Below the pieces are notes generated by a model. It saw only the letters and a program-made list of their open reading frames with translations. It was not told where the DNA came from and made no database searches. From IMG/VR virus record IMGVR_UViG_3300020403_002604, positions 1 through 32,421 of that record: a stretch of DNA of 32,421 bases, one strand, 5' to 3'. A program made the translations under genes and the position numbers. Below, in pieces: positions 7,266-14,362 of this stretch. The stretch's first letter is position 1, and each line of letters starts with the position of its first letter. Origin of the DNA: a virus. Taxonomy: Duplodnaviria > Caudoviricetes.

Positions 7266-7338
7266 GATTTCGTAACTCAGTTGGTAGAGTATCACACTTT
7301 TAATGTGAGAGTCGTGGGTTCGAGCCCCACCGGAATCA
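7266..7338 (+). tRNA. tRNA-Lys(TTT)
   Basis: Acceptor GATTTCG/CGGAATC, anticodon arm TCACA-CTTTTAA-TGTGA, GTTCGAG. Confidence 0.93.
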
Positions 7339-7347
7339 CTACAATAT

Positions 7348-7424
7348 TGGGATGTATCCCCTCTGTCTTATACGCAGTAGAAAGGGTAACTGGTTACATA
7401 TGGGTTCAATCCCCATCATCCCAA
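7348..7424 (+). ncRNA. non-canonical tRNA-like RNA with TAT (Ile, AUA-reading) anticodon loop
   Basis: Perfect acceptor TGGGATG/CATCCCA and T-arm ATGGG-TTCAATC-CCCAT. No D-arm at the normal position. Arm CTGT-CTTATAC-GCAG, with D-loop-like TAACTGGTTA placed 3' of it. Confidence 0.7.
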
Positions 7425-7489
7425 CCTAAAGGTATTTATTAAAAATATTTTTATATTTATATATGTTAACACTAAAAAACAAATTTGTT

Positions 7490-7768
7490 ATGAATCATAA
7501 AATTGCACGAAGGTTGTATCAAGCCATAGAGGCTAAGTACACCGCAGAGATATTCGATGCCAGAGCACGATTATCTGTTTATTTCGAATCACCTGTAGCA
7601 ATAGGTGAACACCCACAACATACTGAGGAAATTGATAAACTATTAAGTCAATTAGAATCTGCAACTGGTAAGTTGGAAACACTTTCTAAAAACTTTGGTA
7701 AAGAGTATGGAGCAGATATTCCTACAGTTCATGTAGATGAGGATGGGAAGGAGTTACTCAAAGGGTAA
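7490..7768 (+). CDS. conserved phage hypothetical protein (IGEHP motif)
   Basis: Helical protein with AIGEHPQH; likely start ATG 7490; TATTTAT motifs upstream at 7433 and 7454. Confidence 0.7.
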   Translation: MNHKIARRLYQAIEAKYTAEIFDARARLSVYFESPVAIGEHPQHTEEIDKLLSQLESATGKLETLSKNFGKEYGADIPTVHVDEDGKELLKG

Positions 7769-7775
7769 CACCTAC

Positions 7776-7860
7776 GGAAGATTGGCAGAGTGGTCGAATG
7801 CACTGGTCTTGAAAACCAGCATACTGAAAGGTATCGAAGGTTCGAATCCTTCATCTTCCG
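7776..7860 (+). tRNA. tRNA-Ser(TGA)
   Basis: Acceptor GGAAGAT/ATCTTCC, G discriminator, anticodon arm CTGGT-CTTGAAA-ACCAG, long variable arm. Confidence 0.95.
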
Positions 7861-7866
7861 CAAAAC

Positions 7867-7921
7867 TTAACAATTTCTTAATATATAAATTTGGATAATT
7901 CAAAAATTATTTGTATATTTG
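7867..7921 (+). promoter_or_regulatory. TTAACA-N5-TTAATA box plus promoter
   Basis: Boxes at 7867/7878, TTTGG, TATATTTG 7914; heads the gene run that ends at thyA. Confidence 0.7.
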
Positions 7922-7931
7922 TGTATTAAAT

Positions 7932-8204
7932 ATGAAATGGGACTCCGTACATATAAGCGATAAGATACATTATTTAAAAGATGTAGTAATGAACTCAACC
8001 AAATATGAGAAGGGTGATGAGTACATTATCAATGCATTGATTACGGGTTCACAAAATACTTTTAGTGGTGAGATGGGATTCAGCATTGAACCACATCATA
8101 TGAAGTTTATGAGAGATACGTGGAATAAACATATCGATTCTCAAAAAGATAATACAATTATTTATAAAATAAAGAAAGAATTAAATGGCTCAAATAACAG
8201 ATAG
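7932..8204 (+). CDS. hypothetical protein
   Basis: Start moved to ATG 7932, downstream of the promoter. Confidence 0.7.
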   Translation: MKWDSVHISDKIHYLKDVVMNSTKYEKGDEYIINALITGSQNTFSGEMGFSIEPHHMKFMRDTWNKHIDSQKDNTIIYKIKKELNGSNNR

Positions 8205-9351
8205 TATAAAAGAACAATTGAAAGAAGAAGCGAAGTTCTTTCAAAACTATGATGTTCCATTACAACATCAAACCCAACCAATCGCTACAAAGGAAAAGAA
8301 TTTAGACCCATTCAAAAAGGTTAATTGGAAAAACATATATGATGCTGAAGATGGGTATCATAGTAAAAAAGATGATAGTGGTAACTTACTATGGGCGTAC
8401 TTTATAAAAACATCTAAAGGTAAAAGAGGTTTAAAAGATTTTGCTGATGATGTAGTAGGTAATATTCAAATCGGTGATTTACAAGTAACTCGATTTGCAT
8501 ACAAAGAGGAATACTTAGATGAAATGATTGAACATATTATTTCACACCGTACCCCAATCGAAAATAAATTTATCGAAATAGAACCTAAAGATATTTGGTT
8601 TACAGAAATCAATATGGAGTTACCATCAGATAAGTTGGTAATGGAAAAGTTAGGAGCAAAATGGTTATCATCTAAAATCACAGCCGTAGGTTCTGAGGTT
8701 AGGGGATTATATTATCTTGGTAACAAACCTCAACCTGGTGTTTCTAAATATGAAGATATTACAATTAAGAAAATGAAGTTCGAATCACTAACTAAAGATG
8801 AGTGTTCTGAGTTAGTAGAAGAAATAAAGAACTATCAAGATGCTTTAAACCCTTGGTCGTATGATGGTATCAATGGTAACTACGGTGGGCCTGAAAAGAC
8901 TTGGTACACCATAGAGATTGTTCCTATTAGACCTGATTCAGAAACCGATTGGAAGATATTAGATGCCTTACCTAAACTAAAAAAGATTGTTGATACAATT
9001 ACTGAAGTAGGTAAATGTACTTGGTTAGTAATAACGAGAGTAGAACCTAAGAACGGATTGATTATGAGACATACCGATAGAGGTAATGATAGTTGGGGAT
9101 ACAAAACTAAGAATGGCCCGAAGGTAGGTCAATCGTTACGAATCCATTATCCAATTCAAGTAGATGATGATTGTGTATTTACTCAACTTAAATTAGATGG
9201 TGAAGAAGTAGACCACAGATTACAAACTGGTAACTATTATTATATGGATAAACGAAAACCACATTGGGTTGAGAATAAATCTGATAACTATAGATTCCAC
9301 GTTATTATGGATATAGAATGTGAACAAAAACATTTAGATGCACTATTATAA
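8185..9351 (+). CDS. two-domain protein with C-terminal aspartyl/asparaginyl beta-hydroxylase-like 2OG-Fe(II) domain
   Basis: HTD...RIHYPI...PHWVEN..DNYRFHVIMD gives the HxD..H triad and the 2OG-binding Arg. The ~190 aa N-terminal domain is unrecognised. Confidence 0.75.
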   Translation: MAQITDSIKEQLKEEAKFFQNYDVPLQHQTQPIATKEKNLDPFKKVNWKNIYDAEDGYHSKKDDSGNLLWAYFIKTSKGKRGLKDFADDVVGNIQIGDLQVTRFAYKEEYLDEMIEHIISHRTPIENKFIEIEPKDIWFTEINMELPSDKLVMEKLGAKWLSSKITAVGSEVRGLYYLGNKPQPGVSKYEDITIKKMKFESLTKDECSELVEEIKNYQDALNPWSYDGINGNYGGPEKTWYTIEIVPIRPDSETDWKILDALPKLKKIVDTITEVGKCTWLVITRVEPKNGLIMRHTDRGNDSWGYKTKNGPKVGQSLRIHYPIQVDDDCVFTQLKLDGEEVDHRLQTGNYYYMDKRKPHWVENKSDNYRFHVIMDIECEQKHLDALL

Positions 9352-9689
9352 TGGATTATAAAACTACACAAAAATTAATGGAGATTCAATATCTCAAAGG
9401 AAGATTGGACGAGTTGTATAAAGGATACGTTCCAAATTTGAATTCAACTGATAATCGTATTGTAGATACTCGTATATCAAAATACGAAGATAAGTTAATG
9501 GCAATTGATGAGATTGCGTTTCACTTATATAATGTTGAAAGACAAAATGTTTCCGAATCAAAACGTAAATCAAAAAAAGCAATATCAGCACTACTAACAG
9601 AAATTAGAGAAGCACTTATCGATAATGATTGGTTAGGAGAATCTGATGTTATTATTCAAAAAATAAATAAACAATTAAATACATACTAA
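9351..9689 (+). CDS. hypothetical protein
   Basis: TAATG coupling to both neighbours. Confidence 0.75.
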   Translation: MDYKTTQKLMEIQYLKGRLDELYKGYVPNLNSTDNRIVDTRISKYEDKLMAIDEIAFHLYNVERQNVSESKRKSKKAISALLTEIREALIDNDWLGESDVIIQKINKQLNTY

Positions 9690-9913
9690 TGAAAAATAAA
9701 GTAAAACAATTATTAGATTTTTGGGAAGTGTACTACCCAATCATTTTAGCATTCGTATCATTTTTATATTCAGTATCCCTTTGGTTTACTGGTAATAAAT
9801 TAGAAGGAATCTTCGTAGGTATATGGGTGCCATCAATACTTGCGGCATCAATAGCCATCAGACAAAGAAGAAGTTCTCATAGAAAATTTTGTAACTGTAA
9901 AAAAAGAAAATGA
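9689..9913 (+). CDS. small membrane protein
   Basis: Two hydrophobic segments; GIFVGIWVPSIL. Confidence 0.75.
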   Translation: MKNKVKQLLDFWEVYYPIILAFVSFLYSVSLWFTGNKLEGIFVGIWVPSILAASIAIRQRRSSHRKFCNCKKRK

Positions 9914-10158
9914 TGGTTGGAATGTTTATAATAGGATTCGTAATCTTTGCATTGTATATGTTTGGATTATTGTACGCTATATGGTGGGGCCATAATTCTC
10001 AAAGAGAAGAAATGGAACGAGATAGTGAATTACAAAATTACTATGCAAGATACAATAATGGATTAGATATGGATTACGATGGTATGGGTAATCAAGGAAG
10101 AGTACCAACACCAAAAGTGAAATCTAAAAATCGTAAATTCAAACAAAGAGTTAAGTAA
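9910..10158 (+). CDS. small membrane protein
   Basis: N-terminal TM helix; DMDYDGMGN motif. Confidence 0.7.
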   Translation: MMVGMFIIGFVIFALYMFGLLYAIWWGHNSQREEMERDSELQNYYARYNNGLDMDYDGMGNQGRVPTPKVKSKNRKFKQRVK

Positions 10159-10316
10159 TGACTACTGAATCACAGATAGAAGAAATCTTATACGAAGCAC
10201 ATGCTTACGGAATGAGAAAAGAAGTATTACAAATGGCATCTGATATCATTAGGGATAATCCTAAGATTAATAAAGTAGATGCGTATCAACAAGCTTATAA
10301 TAAAATAGTAGAGTGA
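10158..10316 (+). CDS. small hypothetical protein (52 aa)
   Basis: MTTESQIEEILYEAHAYG...NKIVE; TAATG and GTGA coupling to neighbours. Confidence 0.7.
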   Translation: MTTESQIEEILYEAHAYGMRKEVLQMASDIIRDNPKINKVDAYQQAYNKIVE

Positions 10317-10684
10317 GAATAGCAGTAATAGCCCACGATGGTAAGAAGGCAGATATGGTAGGTTTCGTTATGAAACGATTACCATTCTTCAAAAGAAAAG
10401 ATGTAGAATTAGTTGGAACGGGTACGACAGGTACTATGATTCAACACGCTGGGCTAAAGGTTGATTTGGTTGCATCAGGTCCAATGGGTGGTGATGCACA
10501 AATCGGTGCTATGGTAACTGAAGGTAAGATTGATTGTGTAATCTTTTTTAGAGACCCGTTAGATAAACACCCACATGATGTTGATATCAGTATGTTATTA
10601 AGATTGTGTGATGTACATGATATACCTCTCGCCACTAATTATAAATCGGCTCATATAATGATTAAATACTTTGATAAAAAATAA
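10313..10684 (+). CDS. mgsA: methylglyoxal synthase
   Basis: IAHDGKK, GTGTTG, SGPMGGDAQIG, FFRDPL..HPHDVD and IPLATN motifs all intact. Confidence 0.95.
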   Translation: MRIAVIAHDGKKADMVGFVMKRLPFFKRKDVELVGTGTTGTMIQHAGLKVDLVASGPMGGDAQIGAMVTEGKIDCVIFFRDPLDKHPHDVDISMLLRLCDVHDIPLATNYKSAHIMIKYFDKK

Positions 10685-11187
10685 TGGATTATAACGATTA
10701 TATAAATGTAGTAGAAGATTTTCCAATCAAAGGAATTAAGTATAAAGATATACAACCTCTACTCGCCGACCCACAGGCTTTTGAAGATGCGATACACGCA
10801 ATGGTTGATTTGATTGATGTACCTTTAGATGAAATAGATTATGTAGTAGGTATAGAATCCAGAGGATTTATATTCGCAACAGCTTTGGCATGGATAACAA
10901 ATTCTGGTTTACGGATTGTAAGAAAGAAAGGTAAACTTCCTAACAGACGAAAGTTCTCAAAACCATATGGATTAGAATACGGTAAAGATGAATTAGAAAT
11001 AGGATACATACCTCAACATGATTTAGGTAACTGTATAGTTGTAGATGATGTATTGGCAACTGGTGGTACAATTGAAGCCGCTTCTGAACTATGTGAAATG
11101 GTTGGGTTAAACGTTGTTGATAAATTATGTTTATTGGATATAGGAATCTATAAAGGAAAGGAACATATAAAATGTTTGATAAAATGA
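10684..11187 (+). CDS. apt: adenine phosphoribosyltransferase
   Basis: DFPIKGI, GIESRGF, RKKGKLP, YGLEYG and the PRPP motif VVDDVLATGGT. Confidence 0.93.
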   Translation: MDYNDYINVVEDFPIKGIKYKDIQPLLADPQAFEDAIHAMVDLIDVPLDEIDYVVGIESRGFIFATALAWITNSGLRIVRKKGKLPNRRKFSKPYGLEYGKDELEIGYIPQHDLGNCIVVDDVLATGGTIEAASELCEMVGLNVVDKLCLLDIGIYKGKEHIKCLIK

Positions 11188-11762
11188 AAGATGTATTAAT
11201 AGTTTGTGCTTTAGAAAAAGAAACAGATAATCAATTAGAAGGTTATAATGTTTTATATACAGGAGTTGGAAAGGTAAATGCAACATACGAATTAACACGT
11301 CATTTTATAACATTTGGATTTCCTCAAATAGTTGTAAATTACGGAACGGCTGGTAGTAGGAATCTACCAATAGGTGAGTTAGTAGAATGTAATAGATTTG
11401 TACAAAGAGATATGGATGTATCTGGTTTAGGATTTCCTAAAGGACAAACACCATTTGATATAACACCAATACTGATAGGTAACGACCCGTTGTGGGATAG
11501 TGATAGAAATGTTATTGTAGGAACAGGTGATTCATTTGTAGAGAATGTATCAGATGAGTTATCAATCATAGATGTGTTTGATATGGAATCTTACGCATTG
11601 GCAAAAGTATGTGGTAAGTTTAACATACCGTTTAGATGTTGGAAGTACATTACAGATAACGCTGATGAGAAATCACCAAAGGATTGGGAAGAGAATCTTT
11701 CTGATGGTATTGTAAAATTTAAGAATGAGTTCGATGAAATATATAACACAACATCCAATTAA
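11184..11762 (+). CDS. MTA/SAH nucleosidase-like protein (PNP_UDP_1 family)
   Basis: TGVGKVNA, NYGTAG, TGDSFV, DMESYA and ITDNAD motifs; start ATG 11184 overlaps the apt stop. Confidence 0.85.
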   Translation: MKDVLIVCALEKETDNQLEGYNVLYTGVGKVNATYELTRHFITFGFPQIVVNYGTAGSRNLPIGELVECNRFVQRDMDVSGLGFPKGQTPFDITPILIGNDPLWDSDRNVIVGTGDSFVENVSDELSIIDVFDMESYALAKVCGKFNIPFRCWKYITDNADEKSPKDWEENLSDGIVKFKNEFDEIYNTTSN

Positions 11763-12135
11763 AAAATCAGATTTAGGGTTTCATGGAAATCTATTTGGTG
11801 GTAAACTGTTAGCATGGTTAGATGCCGCTGCCGCTGGATTCGCCGCTGAGTTTTGTGATACACCTCGTATGGTTACTAAGGCAATTGATAAATGTATATT
11901 TAATAAACCTGCAAGAGAAGGTCAACTACTAAAGATATATGGTGAGGTTGAATCAGTAGGTGGTTCTTCAATACGATTAGTAATAGAGGCTCGTTCTCAT
12001 AATGTTTACAATGGTAAACAGAATGTAATACTAAAAACAAATATGACGTTTGTTAGAATCGATGAGATGGGAGACCCGATTCCAATTTCAGATAGAGTTA
12101 GGAGTAAGTTACCAAATAATAAAATATTAGATTAA
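11734..12135 (+). CDS. acyl-CoA thioesterase (hotdog fold, YciA-like)
   Basis: DLGFHGNLFGGKLLAWLD and TFVRIDE.G.P motifs. Confidence 0.88.
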   Translation: MKYITQHPIKKSDLGFHGNLFGGKLLAWLDAAAAGFAAEFCDTPRMVTKAIDKCIFNKPAREGQLLKIYGEVESVGGSSIRLVIEARSHNVYNGKQNVILKTNMTFVRIDEMGDPIPISDRVRSKLPNNKILD

Positions 12136-13046
12136 TGAGAATAGTAGTTACAGGTGGTTTAGGATTTATAGGTTCATCTTTTGTACATCATTGTATAGAG
12201 AATGGATACGAAGTTAAGGTAGTTGATTTACTAACATACGCTGGTAATTACGACCATCTAAACAGTATCAAAACAAATCCGTTATTAGTCGAAACACTAA
12301 TAGCAGATATATGTGATGTAACACCTGATGATTTAGGTGAATACGATTACTTAGTAAACTTCGCCGCCGAATCTCATGTAGATAACTCAATCGTAAATGG
12401 TAGACCATTCGTAAGAACTAATGTAGAAGGTACATTTAATTTGTTAGAATGTGCAAGACAGAATCCCAAACTAAAAAGATTTATTCAAATATCTACAGAT
12501 GAGGTTTATGGTGATTTAGAAAAGTTAAACATACACCATTCATTGGAAGGTGATAAATTATTTCCATCATCTTACTATTCATCCACAAAAGCTTCAGCTG
12601 ATTTGTTAGTGGAGAGTTGTGGTAAAACATATGGATTACCTTATACCATAACCAGAACGTGTAATAACTTTGGAGTTAGACAACACAAAGAAAAGTTTAT
12701 ACCTAAGATTATCCACAATATTAAAAACGATATTCCAATCCCAATATATGGTGATGGTAAACAAATGAGAGAATGGATATGGGTAGAGGATAATGTAAGA
12801 ACGATTAGAGAGATATTAGAATGGGATGATGATATAAACATCTACCACATAGGTAGTGGATATACTGTAACTAATCTTGATATAATTAATATGGTTGGTA
12901 GGTTATTGGGAAGAACACCATCTTATAATTTCGTAGAAGATAGAAAAGGACATGATAGAAAGTATAAGCTATTATCATATAACAAAGTTACAAAATCACT
13001 TGATGACTATTTAAAAGAACAAATAATATATGAACAACTTAGATAA
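12135..13046 (+). CDS. rfbB: dTDP-glucose 4,6-dehydratase
   Basis: GGLGFIG, LTYAG, FAAESHVD, STDEVYG, YSSTK and DRKGHD motifs. Confidence 0.9.
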   Translation: MRIVVTGGLGFIGSSFVHHCIENGYEVKVVDLLTYAGNYDHLNSIKTNPLLVETLIADICDVTPDDLGEYDYLVNFAAESHVDNSIVNGRPFVRTNVEGTFNLLECARQNPKLKRFIQISTDEVYGDLEKLNIHHSLEGDKLFPSSYYSSTKASADLLVESCGKTYGLPYTITRTCNNFGVRQHKEKFIPKIIHNIKNDIPIPIYGDGKQMREWIWVEDNVRTIREILEWDDDINIYHIGSGYTVTNLDIINMVGRLLGRTPSYNFVEDRKGHDRKYKLLSYNKVTKSLDDYLKEQIIYEQLR

Positions 13047-13959
13047 ACAATACAAAGAACTTTTAGAAACGATACTTCACTATGGAGTAGATAAAAAAGA
13101 TAGAACAGGTACAGGTACTAAATCTATATTTGGATATACTATCAGACACAATATGAAAGATGGATTTCCAATCTTAACAACTAAGAAGGTTGCATTTAAA
13201 ACTATGGTTACTGAGTTGAGATGGTTTCTGCAGGGTAGAACTGATATCCAATATCTAAGAGATAACAACTGTAAGATATGGGATGGTGATTATGAAAAGA
13301 GTGGTAGAACAGATGGTTCGTTAGGCCCAATCTATGGTAAACAATGGAGAGATTGGTCTGTAAGGGGTGATGATTCATATGATGATTCCATCGACCAAAT
13401 ATCAACTCTAATACATTTATTGAAACACAATCCTGATAGTAGAAGGTTGATGGTTAGTGCATGGAATGTTGGTGAACTATCTAAGATGACTTTACCACCA
13501 TGCCACTACGGATTCCAATGTTACACTACAGAGATGAGTTGGGAAGAAAGGGCTGAGTATTGGACTCACTCAATTGGTAAAAGTATTCACTATGCTAAAA
13601 GATTAAGTGATTCTGATTTAGATGAAAAGAATGTACCTAAAAGAAAGTTATCCCTAATGTGGAATCAACGTTCTGTAGATACGTTCTTAGGTTTACCATT
13701 TAATATATCATCGTATGGATTATTATTACACCTAATTGCCAGAGAAGTAAATATGGTACCTGACCAGTTGGTTGGTTCTTTGGGTGATACACACATATAC
13801 AATAATCATATCGAACAAGTAAAACAACAACTAAGGAATGAGCCATATCCATTACCAACTATTGATTTAATTAATGTAAATATATTAAAAGGTGAATTTG
13901 GATACGCTCTTTTAGACTACGAATCACATCCTACAATTAAAGCTCCACTAAGTAACTAG
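13030..13959 (+). CDS. thyA: thymidylate synthase
   Basis: DRTGTGT, GPIYGKQWR, SRR, LPPCH, QRSVD.FLGLPFN and HIY.NH motifs. Confidence 0.97.
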   Translation: MNNLDKQYKELLETILHYGVDKKDRTGTGTKSIFGYTIRHNMKDGFPILTTKKVAFKTMVTELRWFLQGRTDIQYLRDNNCKIWDGDYEKSGRTDGSLGPIYGKQWRDWSVRGDDSYDDSIDQISTLIHLLKHNPDSRRLMVSAWNVGELSKMTLPPCHYGFQCYTTEMSWEERAEYWTHSIGKSIHYAKRLSDSDLDEKNVPKRKLSLMWNQRSVDTFLGLPFNISSYGLLLHLIAREVNMVPDQLVGSLGDTHIYNNHIEQVKQQLRNEPYPLPTIDLINVNILKGEFGYALLDYESHPTIKAPLSN

Positions 13960-13966
13960 CAAAGAT

Positions 13967-14030
13967 TTAACAATTTCTTAACATTGGCGGCTTGTATATA
14001 TCAAATATTTTTCGTACTTTAGTACTGTAA
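13967..14030 (+). promoter_or_regulatory. TTAACA-N5-TTAACA box plus promoter
   Basis: Boxes at 13967/13978, TTG, TACTTTAG 14015. Confidence 0.75.
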
Positions 14031-14051
14031 TAATTGATAAAGATATACAAT

Positions 14052-14249
14052 ATGAAAAATTACCAAGCAATTTTATTAACGATAGTAGGGTTGGGAGCTT
14101 CCTATCTTACTATGAACGGAACGATTCAGAACCTTATTCAGTTTGAAGATGTTCTTAATGAAATAGTATTCTCTGTTATGGGTCTAATGTTAGGCGGAAT
14201 GGGTTTACTATCGATAGATTATAAGAAACTACTAAAAGGGTTACTTTAA
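14052..14249 (+). CDS. small two-TM membrane protein
   Basis: MKNYQAILL...; two hydrophobic helices. Confidence 0.7.
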   Translation: MKNYQAILLTIVGLGASYLTMNGTIQNLIQFEDVLNEIVFSVMGLMLGGMGLLSIDYKKLLKGLL

Positions 14250-14250
14250 A

Positions 14251-14337
14251 TTGTTAATAACTTGTTAATAACTTTAACAAAAATTTAACATTTAATACTT
14301 GGATAATTGCAAAAAAATCACTACTTTAGTAGTGTAA
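14251..14337 (+). promoter_or_regulatory. tandem TTGTTAATAAC repeat plus TTAACA box and promoter
   Basis: TTGTTAATAAC x2 (14251-14272), TTAACA 14274/14285, TTGG, TACTTTAG 14322. Confidence 0.75.
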
Positions 14338-14362
14338 GATTAAGAAATGATAATTATAATAT

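Noticed and set aside
7776-7860. tRNA-Ser(TGA) as a selenocysteine or opal suppressor tRNA
   Set aside because: Anticodon TGA reads TCA (Ser); a Sec or opal tRNA would need anticodon TCA.
13030-13959. ThyA as a dCMP hydroxymethylase (modified-base pathway)
   Set aside because: It retains the dUMP-specifying Asn in GLPFN and the canonical ThyA motifs.
10313-13959. Metabolic run as host chromosomal DNA or a prophage boundary
   Set aside because: It has the same strand, packing, composition and promoter motif as flanking phage genes, and there is no integrase or att evidence in the window.
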